This document shows positions 37,432 to 45,759 of a DNA stretch of 64,000 bases, piece by piece (positions within the stretch are counted from its first letter, which is position 1; every line of letters starts with the position of its first letter). The notes below the pieces were generated by a model, which worked only from the letters and a program-made list of their open reading frames with translations, was not told the origin of the DNA and ran no database searches. The position numbers and the translations under genes were made by a program. This DNA is from an uncultured Lachnospiraceae bacterium (GTDB lineage Bacteria > Bacillota > Clostridia > Lachnospirales > Lachnospiraceae). Location of the stretch: positions 18,811 to 82,810 of the forward strand of contig ONQW01000001.1 in assembly GCA_900320025.1 (NCBI GenBank), given 5' to 3'.

Positions 37432-39042
37432 TTACAGCCCCAGCAGATCTGCAAGGGCGATGATCATCCTGCCACCCGGCAGCCGGTCAAAATTGCGGAG
37501 ATCGGCAGCTCCGGTGAAAAGGCTGATCATCAGATAAATCAGGACATACAAAATGGCGAGAATCAGAGAAGCCGCCAGGTATCCTGTCTCGCGGGTCAGC
37601 AGTCCGGACAGCAGATATATCGGGATGGCTGCTGCTACAGAAGAGACAAGCAGCATGATATATGCCCGGAAATATCTGTTTTTCTCCAGCAGGTAATCGC
37701 GGAGGAAAAACAGCAGAAGGATATCCAGCACCAGATAGAAGACAGTCAGCGGAATGGCGCATACCGTGATGCCGGGGCTGCTTTGACGCGTCGTGGCAAA
37801 ACAGAGTGCGGTCTGTATCAGATATGCTGCAGCGCAGGCGGTCGTCAGCAGCTTTGTCCGTCCAAGTCCGATATAAAGCTGTCCCAGAAGAAGCGCGATT
37901 CCGGATAGCAGAACCAGAATTCCGCTGATCTGAAGGGATACGGCCCCTGCATCGTCAGCCGCGTTTCCGATGACTGCCGTGATGGGACGTGCAGCCGTAA
38001 TGTAGAAAAAGGAAAAGGGAAACAGCGAATAGCCGGCCAGCCGCATGGTCATGCCGAAGAAGGAACGGGATGTCGACTGGTCCTCCTTTCGCATCAGACG
38101 AATCATAGTCTGCGGATACCTCGTAAATGGCATAAATAACAGAAGTGCCGTGCCAAACACAAGAGACAGTGTTTTCCCGTAATAGGCACCCCAGCCGGCC
38201 ATGGCGCGGGTCTTGGGATCCACAGCCATATGCAGAATGCGGTAATTCGTGAGAACGGGCAGGGCGAGAAAAAGCAGCGATGCGCTGATCCATCCTGTTT
38301 CACGCAGGAAAGAGCGCAGAAGCGAAGACGCCTGCTCCGGTTCAGTCTGCTGTTCGGCTGGCAGATTTTTCTTCCGATTCCGATAGGTCGCAGTCAGCAG
38401 AAACATCCAATAGATCAGCGTGATCACCAGCGCAGCAACAACTCCCGCCGCAGCGCCGGCTGCTCCGTAAACAAAGGGATAAGATTCGTCCCGCAGAAGA
38501 GCTGCCACATTGGTTCCGACCTTTCTCGCAGCCGCACCGAAGGCTATCGGGAATATAGCAAGCAGGATTGCCGGAAGCAGAACTGTCGAAAGGGCGGGGA
38601 TCGTCATGCGGATGCCGCGGAAATATCCATGCATTACTCCCATGGGAAGCATCAGCACAAAAACAGGAGATATCGCAGCTATCACCAGAGCCATATGGGC
38701 CTCTCCGCCCAGAAGCAGAGCAAGCGGACGGCTCAGGAGAAAGAACAGAAGTGTAAGCACTGCACCGGTGAGCACGGAAAGAAGCATTCCCCTTCGGACA
38801 AGACAGCGGATGCTGGCATATTTTTTCCTGACATACCTCGCTCGGATCATACGGTCCATGACGAGCGAGGCCGGGAGTGTAAGAGCGGCAAATCCGATCG
38901 CAGTCATCTCCATCGCCGGGCCGGCATAGGCGAGGCCCTGTCTGCCGATCATACCGAGAAGTCCGGTATGGCAGAAGCACCAGACAGCGGCAAGAAAAAG
39001 GCAGGATGCTGCATTGCGGTCAGGAGCGGCTATTCTTTTCAT
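37432..39042 (-). CDS. SpoVB/MurJ-like (MOP superfamily) polysaccharide or lipid flippase
   Basis: About 14 hydrophobic segments; MIGRQGLAY, GVMHGYFRG, VYGAAGAAAG; start MKRIA at 39042. Confidence 0.78.
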   Translation of the reverse strand: MKRIAAPDRNAASCLFLAAVWCFCHTGLLGMIGRQGLAYAGPAMEMTAIGFAALTLPASLVMDRMIRARYVRKKYASIRCLVRRGMLLSVLTGAVLTLLFFLLSRPLALLLGGEAHMALVIAAISPVFVLMLPMGVMHGYFRGIRMTIPALSTVLLPAILLAIFPIAFGAAARKVGTNVAALLRDESYPFVYGAAGAAAGVVAALVITLIYWMFLLTATYRNRKKNLPAEQQTEPEQASSLLRSFLRETGWISASLLFLALPVLTNYRILHMAVDPKTRAMAGWGAYYGKTLSLVFGTALLLFMPFTRYPQTMIRLMRKEDQSTSRSFFGMTMRLAGYSLFPFSFFYITAARPITAVIGNAADDAGAVSLQISGILVLLSGIALLLGQLYIGLGRTKLLTTACAAAYLIQTALCFATTRQSSPGITVCAIPLTVFYLVLDILLLFFLRDYLLEKNRYFRAYIMLLVSSVAAAIPIYLLSGLLTRETGYLAASLILAILYVLIYLMISLFTGAADLRNFDRLPGGRMIIALADLLGL

Positions 39043-39562
39043 CCTTCCCACTCTCCTCTCTTGTAATGCCGAGTGCATTCAGAATCCGGTTCTGACAATC
39101 CTCCATGACCTGCGCCTCGTCTGGAACCATATGGTCATATCCGCAGAGATGCATGCAGCTGTGTGCCACAAGAAAAGCAAATTCCCGCTTCTCCGAGTGC
39201 CCGTACTCCTTTGCCTGAGAACGCACCCGTGCGGTGTTAATCACAATGTCTCCCAGCAGTAGGGCTCCGTTTTCCGGGTCAAAGGCACCGGCCGGATCCT
39301 CATTTGCGGCAGAAAAATCAGATGGAGCAGAAAAATTCAGACCGGGAAACGACAGAACATCAGTCTCCTGATCGATATTTCGGAACTGCCGGTTCAGCTC
39401 CCTGATTCCAGGACCGTCCGTGAGAACCAGACTGACCTCCACATCGAAGGGACAATTCTCCTGTTTCATTGCCTGCCTGATTACCTGGCGTGCAACCACC
39501 TTCATGGAGAAGTCGAATTTATCTTCGGTTTCTGTTTCGGTATTCAGAATGATTCTGCTCAT
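39020..39562 (-). CDS. ybeY: rRNA maturation RNase YbeY
   Basis: LNRQFR, TDVLSFP, LGDIVI, LVAHSCMHLCGYDH; start MSRII at 39562. Confidence 0.96.
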   Translation of the reverse strand: MSRIILNTETETEDKFDFSMKVVARQVIRQAMKQENCPFDVEVSLVLTDGPGIRELNRQFRNIDQETDVLSFPGLNFSAPSDFSAANEDPAGAFDPENGALLLGDIVINTARVRSQAKEYGHSEKREFAFLVAHSCMHLCGYDHMVPDEAQVMEDCQNRILNALGITREESGKDEKNSRS

Positions 39563-40535
39563 GCTCCCTCTTCTGTTTTGCCGCATTTTTGCGGTCATAG
39601 TCCTCATATGCCTTGACAATCTGCTGAACGAGCGGGTGACGTACCACATCCCTGCTGGTCAGCGTGACAAAGCGAATCCCATCTATATTTTTCAGCACTC
39701 GCTCCGCGATATCCAGCCCGGAAGGAGCGCCGGGTGCCAGGTCCTTCTGTGTCGTATCTCCTGTGATCACAGCCCGGGACCCAAATCCGAGTCTGGTGAG
39801 AAACATCTTCATCTGCTCCGGAGTCGTATTCTGCGCCTCATCGAGGATAATGAAAGCATTGTCCAGCGTTCTTCCTCTCATATAGGCGAGCGGAGCCACT
39901 TCAATCAGCCCTTTTTCCTGATTGCGCTGAAAGTTTTCTGCTCCCATCAGCTGATACAGGGCGTCATAGAGCGGCCGCAGATACGGATCGATTTTCTGCT
40001 GCAGATCACCCGGCAGAAATCCGAGCTTCTCTCCCGCCTCAATGGCGGGACGTGTCAGAATGATGCGCTGGATCTCCTCCCTCTGAAAGGCCGTGACCGC
40101 AAGAGCCATGGCGAGGTACGTCTTGCCGGTGCCGGCCGGCCCATTGGCAAAGGTGATCATATGTTCCCGTACGGCACGGATATACTCAGCCTGACCCAGT
40201 GTTTTCGGCCGCACAGGCTTTCCTGTCACGGTGTGGCAGATAATATCCTGATCCATCCTGGACAGCATATCACCCGCTTCGTTTTCTTCTTTCATTGCGA
40301 TCGCATAATTTACCTGCTGGGTATCCACTTCTCCTCCGCTCTCTGTGAGTCGGGCGAGCTGACGGAGAATGTTGGATGCTTCCCGCACATTTTTCTCCTC
40401 TCCTGTCACACACAGATGTCCGTCCCGCAGCAGAACGGAAACGTCCAGATTCTTTTCTATGCTCCGGATATTCGCATCATAACTGCCGAATATATCCCGC
40501 TCCACCGCTGCAGTGAAATCAAGCTGTTCCGTCAT
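39519..40535 (-). CDS. phoH: PhoH-family ATPase
   Basis: GPAGTGKTYLA, TRPAIEAGEKLGFLPGDL, APLAYMRGRTL, DEAQN, DVVRHPLV. Confidence 0.95.
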   Translation of the reverse strand: MTEQLDFTAAVERDIFGSYDANIRSIEKNLDVSVLLRDGHLCVTGEEKNVREASNILRQLARLTESGGEVDTQQVNYAIAMKEENEAGDMLSRMDQDIICHTVTGKPVRPKTLGQAEYIRAVREHMITFANGPAGTGKTYLAMALAVTAFQREEIQRIILTRPAIEAGEKLGFLPGDLQQKIDPYLRPLYDALYQLMGAENFQRNQEKGLIEVAPLAYMRGRTLDNAFIILDEAQNTTPEQMKMFLTRLGFGSRAVITGDTTQKDLAPGAPSGLDIAERVLKNIDGIRFVTLTSRDVVRHPLVQQIVKAYEDYDRKNAAKQKREHEQNHSEYRNRNRR

Positions 40536-41023
40536 TTGTGATATGGTTCTCCTCTCATGATTCGAAAGGCACGGTAGATCTGCTCCAGAAGGATCACCCG
40601 CATCAGCTGATGCGGAAAGGTCATTCTGGAGAAGGAAAGACAGAGGTCCGCCTGTCGGACAATGCTGTCTCCAAGACCGATGGCACCGCCGATCAGAAAC
40701 TGAACATGACCGGAGCCATGCAGAGCAGCTCTTTCCAGTTCCCGGGAGAAATCCACGGAATCCATCTCCTGACCCTCGATGCAGAGAGCGACGACAAAGG
40801 CACCCGGTTTCAGAAAGCGCTGCATACGTTCCGCTTCCTTTTCCCGGATCTGTACGGAAAGAGCCGGACTGATTTCATCCGGCTTTTTTACTTCCTCCAC
40901 CTCAATGACATGCACCCGGGCATATCGTGACAGTCTCTTTTCATATTCCAGGTCAGCATCGCGGTAAAATGGCTCTCTCAGTTTTCCTACAGCAATAATA
41001 TCAATATTCAAATCCATCCTCAT
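40532..41023 (-). CDS. rlmH: 23S rRNA (pseudouridine1915-N3)-methyltransferase
   Basis: IIAVGKL, FLIGG, SFSRMTFPHQLMRVILLEQIYRA...GEPYHK. Confidence 0.97.
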   Translation of the reverse strand: MRMDLNIDIIAVGKLREPFYRDADLEYEKRLSRYARVHVIEVEEVKKPDEISPALSVQIREKEAERMQRFLKPGAFVVALCIEGQEMDSVDFSRELERAALHGSGHVQFLIGGAIGLGDSIVRQADLCLSFSRMTFPHQLMRVILLEQIYRAFRIMRGEPYHK

Positions 41024-41109
41024 ACCGCGTTTTGCGATGTCTGCGGGAGAAATGACCGCAGGGGCCTTCTCCGGGATCGGATCATCGGTCCAGCATCCTC
41101 TGCGGTATT

Positions 41110-41865
41110 TTACTTCTCCTCTGGCGCATCATAAAGCGAGGCGTAATATTCCTCTGTAAAATGATCCAGAAAGTCATCGCCGAGGCCAACAAACTGTCTG
41201 GAAATCCGGCTGCGTATCACTGCTGTTCTGGCAAAATAGGCCTCTCCCGTTTCCTGCTCTGTCTGATCCGATGCATCGGATGAAGACTGATGTTCCTGCA
41301 CAGCCGCCTCGATCATCTGCCTGGTCAGATTCTGCCCGCACCATCTGCGGATCTCCTCTTCAATGGAGTGCTCTGAGACAGCTTTTTCTCTGAGCCGCTT
41401 CACGGATTTCCAGGAGACGCACCCCATCACCAGAAAAAGGACGAACATGGCTCCCAGTACACCACACACAAAATATCGGTTCGGGCCGGTAATAGGAAGG
41501 ATGCTGATCTTGCCAAAATAAAGCAGCAGGATAAAGACGAGGCCTGCTGTTCCGACGATGAGCAGGGCCGCTGCCGAGGAACGGTTTTCTTCTGCCATCT
41601 CGCTGCTGCTTTTATAAACTGCATGTCTTTGAGAAGGAAGCGGATCCGTCCCGGCAGATAAAATCTCCCCCTCGTCAGAAGCAGTCTCTCCGTAGGAGGC
41701 GGATTCTCCATCCTGGAGCCGGGAAAGCCGGCTTGACTCCTCCTCGGCAGCCTTTCTGGTCTGCTCCCTGTCATACTCCTCCAGGGATTCTACCAGGGGG
41801 GTTCCACAGTCTGCACAGACCTTCACTCCATCCCGATATTCCGTCCGGCATTTTGGACACCACAT
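41110..41865 (-). CDS. Hypothetical membrane protein with N-terminal zinc ribbon
   Basis: MWCPKCRTEYRDG...CADCG, acidic linker, two hydrophobic helices; start at 41865 after GGGGAG. Confidence 0.75.
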   Translation of the reverse strand: MWCPKCRTEYRDGVKVCADCGTPLVESLEEYDREQTRKAAEEESSRLSRLQDGESASYGETASDEGEILSAGTDPLPSQRHAVYKSSSEMAEENRSSAAALLIVGTAGLVFILLLYFGKISILPITGPNRYFVCGVLGAMFVLFLVMGCVSWKSVKRLREKAVSEHSIEEEIRRWCGQNLTRQMIEAAVQEHQSSSDASDQTEQETGEAYFARTAVIRSRISRQFVGLGDDFLDHFTEEYYASLYDAPEEK

Positions 41866-41927
41866 TGCTGTCTGTTCTCCCCTCATCCGGGACCGGGAAG
41901 CTTTTCCCGTCACACCGGAATCATGAA

Positions 41928-43316
41928 TCAATCCTTTGACCGCAGATATTCATCGATACCTCTGGCAGCCTTTCTGCCGGCTCCCATGGCGAGAATCACG
42001 GTAGCTGCCCCTGTCACGGCATCACCGCCCGCAAAAACACCCGGTCTTGTGGTTTCCTCATTCTCTTCGTTTACCACAAGACCGCCTTTTTTCGTGGTTT
42101 CAAGGCCCTTTGTGGTCGAAGAAATCAGCGGGTTCGGACTCGTTCCGAGAGCCATGATGACAGCGTCGCAGTCGATCGTAAACTCACTGCCCTCGATCGG
42201 AACAGGGCGGCGCCTCCCGGAAGCGTCCGGCTCTCCCAGTTCCATGCGGATACAGCGCACACCGTTCACCCAGCCATTCTCATCCGTCAGAATTTCCTCC
42301 GGATTTGTCAGCAGTTCAAACCGGATACCCTCCTCCTTTGCGTGGTGAACCTCCTCCTTCCGCGCAGGAAGCTCTGCCTCGCTGCGGCGGTAGACGATGG
42401 TGACATCTGCGCCGAGGCGGAGCGCCGTTCTCGCAGCATCCATTGCAACATTGCCGCCTCCGACGACCACCGCCTTCTTCGCGTGGTAGATTGGCGTCCG
42501 GGCATCATTCCGGTATGCATGCATCAGATTGCTCCGCGTCAGATACTCATTGGCGGAGAACACACCCATCGCCTGCTCCCCCGGAATATGCATAAATTTA
42601 GGCAGTCCCGCTCCGGAACCGATGAACACCGCGTCATACCCTTCCCGGTCCATCAGTTCATCGATGGTGACAGATTTCCCAATGATAACATCCGTCTCAA
42701 TTCTGACACCGAGCGCACGCACATTGTCAATTTCCCGATCGACCACGCGCTCCTTCGGCAGACGGAATTCCGGAATCCCGTAGGACAGAACGCCTCCAGC
42801 CTTGTGCAGCGCATCAAAGATCGTCACCTCATATCCCATTCTGGCAAGATCACTGGCACACGCAAGGCCGGACGGTCCGGCGCCGATGACAGCCACCTTC
42901 TTCCCGTTTCTGGCCGCTGCCGGCTGAGGATGAATTCCCATTTCAGCGGCGGTGTCCGCGACATAGCGCTCCAGCTTCCCGATGGATACTGCCTCTCCCT
43001 TGATCCCGCGTACACATTTTCCCTCACACTGCGTCTCCTGCGGACAGACACGGCCGCAAACTGCAGGCAGTGTGGAGGATTCGCTGATCACCTCATAGGC
43101 ACCGGGGACATCGTCCTCCCGAAGCTTCCGGATAAACCCCGGAATGTTGATGCTGACAGGGCAGCCCTGCTGACAGAGCGGATTCTTGCACTGCAGGCAG
43201 CGCTCCGCCTCCGCCATGGCTTCCTCCCGGTTATATCCAAGACAAACCTCATCAAAATTATGTGCACGCACCTTCGGATCCTGCTCCCGAACCGGCACCT
43301 TTTTCATCCCATCCAT
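41928..43316 (-). CDS. NfnB-type subunit (GltD/SudA-like Fe-S flavoprotein)
   Basis: CLQCKNPLCQQGCP, GRVCPQETQCEGKC, VIGAGPSGL, YGIPEFRL, VGGGNVAMDAAR, FAGGD; coupled to an upstream NfnA-type gene, no gltB nearby. Start codon uncertain (43316 or 43322). Confidence 0.85.
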   Translation of the reverse strand: MDGMKKVPVREQDPKVRAHNFDEVCLGYNREEAMAEAERCLQCKNPLCQQGCPVSINIPGFIRKLREDDVPGAYEVISESSTLPAVCGRVCPQETQCEGKCVRGIKGEAVSIGKLERYVADTAAEMGIHPQPAAARNGKKVAVIGAGPSGLACASDLARMGYEVTIFDALHKAGGVLSYGIPEFRLPKERVVDREIDNVRALGVRIETDVIIGKSVTIDELMDREGYDAVFIGSGAGLPKFMHIPGEQAMGVFSANEYLTRSNLMHAYRNDARTPIYHAKKAVVVGGGNVAMDAARTALRLGADVTIVYRRSEAELPARKEEVHHAKEEGIRFELLTNPEEILTDENGWVNGVRCIRMELGEPDASGRRRPVPIEGSEFTIDCDAVIMALGTSPNPLISSTTKGLETTKKGGLVVNEENEETTRPGVFAGGDAVTGAATVILAMGAGRKAARGIDEYLRSKD

Positions 43317-43333
43317 TGTCATACTCCTCCGCG

Positions 43334-44212
43334 TCACTGGCACAGGCCGCAGCCGCCGTGATGCGTCTCGCCTTCCTTCTCTTCGAGATACAGCCTTCCC
43401 TCTTCGGTTTTATACATTCTGGCCCGCTGCATCGCCTGGTCAAAATCGATCTTCCAGCCATCAAATTCCGGTCCGTCGACGCAGGCAAATTTCACCTCTC
43501 CGCCTACCAGAAGACGGCAGGCGCCGCACATTCCGGTTCCGTCCACCATCAGCGTATTCATGGAAGCCGTTGTGGGAATCCCCAGCTTTTTGGTCAGCTG
43601 ACAGGCAAATTTCATCATGATCATGGGCCCGATCACGACACAGTGATCATACCGTTTTCCCTCATCATAAAGCTGCTGCAGCGCTACGCAGACATTGCCG
43701 TGAATTCCATAAGATCCATCGTCCGTGGCAAAATACAGATGTCCTGTGACTTCCTGCATCTCCTTTTCCAGAATGAGGATATCGCGGCTGCGCGCGCCCT
43801 GAATACAGTCAGCATCCACCCCCTGTGCATGCAGCCATTTTAACTGGTGATACACCGGAGCAGTTCCTACTCCGCCTGCGATAAAGAGCAGCTTCATTTT
43901 GCGGAGCTTTTCTACCGGAATATGGACCAGCTCCGAGGGATTGCCCAGAGGCCCGACAACATCCGCAAAGGAATCTCCCTCCTCCAGAAGCGCCATGCGT
44001 GCGGTCTCGCCGCCGACCGGCTGGAAAACAATGGTGACAGTCCCCTTTTCTTTGTCGTCGTCACAGATGGTGAGGGGAATACGCTCGCCCTCCGCATCGG
44101 TCCGGACAATCAGAAACTGCCCGGGCATGGCATGAGCCGCAACCCGCGGCGCCTCCACTACCATCCGGTAAATATTGGCGGAGAGCTTTTCCTTTTTCAA
44201 AATTTTGAACAT
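43334..44212 (-). CDS. NfnA-type subunit (PyrK/SudB-like FAD/[2Fe-2S] protein)
   Basis: PGQFLIVR, ERIPLTI, GPLGNP, AGGVGTAP, MVDGTGMCGACR...CVDGPEF; start MFKIL at 44212. Confidence 0.88.
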   Translation of the reverse strand: MFKILKKEKLSANIYRMVVEAPRVAAHAMPGQFLIVRTDAEGERIPLTICDDDKEKGTVTIVFQPVGGETARMALLEEGDSFADVVGPLGNPSELVHIPVEKLRKMKLLFIAGGVGTAPVYHQLKWLHAQGVDADCIQGARSRDILILEKEMQEVTGHLYFATDDGSYGIHGNVCVALQQLYDEGKRYDHCVVIGPMIMMKFACQLTKKLGIPTTASMNTLMVDGTGMCGACRLLVGGEVKFACVDGPEFDGWKIDFDQAMQRARMYKTEEGRLYLEEKEGETHHGGCGLCQ

Positions 44213-44251
44213 TTCAGTGCCTCCTGTCGCGCTGTCTGTATTCAAAAAAAT

Positions 44252-44281
44252 ATTCTACTGTATTTCACTGCACAGTGTCAA
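44252..44281 (-). promoter_or_regulatory. Sigma-A promoter upstream of the nfnAB-like pair
   Basis: TTGACA-18 nt-TAGAAT on the minus strand; spacer contains inverted repeat CACTG-tg-CAGTG. Confidence 0.65.
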
Positions 44282-44329
44282 AATTTCCGCCTCCCATGCC
44301 GGATATCAGAAGATTCCGGTTAGTCGGAA

Positions 44330-45751
44330 TCAGGGGAGCGGAAACAACTGATCCCCGTTTCCGATATCTCCATAGAGATTGACGGTTGCGTTGGAAACAT
44401 TTACCGCAAATCTTCTTCCTGTCTCTGCTGCGTTTCCCGTGCTGTCCACCAGGTATTCCCGGTACAGATAAAAGCTTCCGTAGCCGGTGATGGTCTTTGA
44501 TCCGATGCAGCTGTAGCTGTATCGGGCCGTTCCGTCCGGCGTTGTGCCCTCTGCATCTGCCGTTTCCCCTGCATCCAGCAGGGCCTGTAGAATGTAAGAC
44601 GGGCCTTCGTCCGCAGAAATTTTGGCCGCAGGGGACAGGGAATAATTGCGGGAGACGATTTCGCTTTTCCCTCCATTTTCATCAATGACAATAAAACGGT
44701 ATGAAGAGGAACCGGTCGGCATCTCCATGGGACCGGTGTATTGTTTTGACTCTTCATCCGGGTCAGATCCATCCGTCGTGTAGTAGACTTTTCCTGCTTT
44801 CGGGGCAGTCACCCTGATCAGGGCAGACCCGGTATAGCTGCCGGACTCAGGTGAAATCTCCGGTGCCTCCAGCTTCTCGCCATGGATCACATATTTCTGA
44901 GAGACCGGCTCACTCACGACGCCGTATTTATTGACGGAAATTGCCGTGACAGTATACTCTCCGAAAGTCAGAGCGATCGGGCTTCGATAGAGGCTGCTGT
45001 GCAGATCAGGCGTACTGCCGTCCAGCGTGTAAAAGATGGAACCACCGTTATCGTCCGTAATGGTGAGGGAGAGGCTGCCTTCGTAGGTTCCTGACTTTTC
45101 ACTGAAAACCGGCTGGGAGCTGAGATAGGCATGATAAGCTCTCCGCACGGCATCGGGACTTTCTGCGATCAAGGCAGCGATTTCCTGGTAGCGCTCCTTT
45201 GAGGCGTAGATGTCAATGAGCAGCTGATAGGCCCGGACCTTCTCGTCGTCGGAGGAAGTTGGAGAATCCGTGACGGTACGGATGGTTTTCTCGGCTCCTT
45301 CAAGGTCTCCTGCAGACTCCAGGTAGCGTGTCTTGGTGAGAATGAGTTCAATCGGATCACTGCTCTTATCCAGGGACAGAGCGGCATCAATCAGCTTTGC
45401 AGCTTTCTCGTACTCTCCCTTTTCCGCCGCCGTATACGCGCGTCCGACATAGGACTCTCTCGTCGGACGAAGCAGATAGACCGCTGTTCCGCAGATCAGA
45501 ATGAGTGCCAGCGCAGCTGCGGCTGCGACCAGGCGGAGGCGCTTCTTCTGCCTCCTGACAAGCGCAATACGCTTTTCCTGCTCCTCCTCTTCGATCTGCC
45601 TGCGCACTTCCTTCCGGATGGAGTCCATGTTTTCCGAGATCTGCTGTTCAAGCCCGGCGTCGTATTCCTTGACAATCCGAATCTCGGTTCCACATGTTTC
45701 GCAGTACAGGCTGCCTTCTGGAATTTCACTGCCGCACTTTGGACATTTCAT
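44330..45751 (-). CDS. Membrane-anchored protein: zinc ribbon, TM, TPR-like helices and two chitobiase/beta-hexosaminidase C-terminal (Fn3-associated) domains
   Basis: MKCPKCG..C.TCG, single TM after basic stretch, two P.FS..SG.Y...IFYT(L/T)DGS.P repeats. Confidence 0.8.
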   Translation of the reverse strand: MKCPKCGSEIPEGSLYCETCGTEIRIVKEYDAGLEQQISENMDSIRKEVRRQIEEEEQEKRIALVRRQKKRLRLVAAAAALALILICGTAVYLLRPTRESYVGRAYTAAEKGEYEKAAKLIDAALSLDKSSDPIELILTKTRYLESAGDLEGAEKTIRTVTDSPTSSDDEKVRAYQLLIDIYASKERYQEIAALIAESPDAVRRAYHAYLSSQPVFSEKSGTYEGSLSLTITDDNGGSIFYTLDGSTPDLHSSLYRSPIALTFGEYTVTAISVNKYGVVSEPVSQKYVIHGEKLEAPEISPESGSYTGSALIRVTAPKAGKVYYTTDGSDPDEESKQYTGPMEMPTGSSSYRFIVIDENGGKSEIVSRNYSLSPAAKISADEGPSYILQALLDAGETADAEGTTPDGTARYSYSCIGSKTITGYGSFYLYREYLVDSTGNAAETGRRFAVNVSNATVNLYGDIGNGDQLFPLP

Positions 45752-45759
45752 AATTGTAC

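Noticed and set aside
44246-44300. Rex operator upstream of nfnAB
   Set aside because: No match to the TTGTGAA-N4-TTCACAA-type consensus; only a shorter unrelated palindrome.
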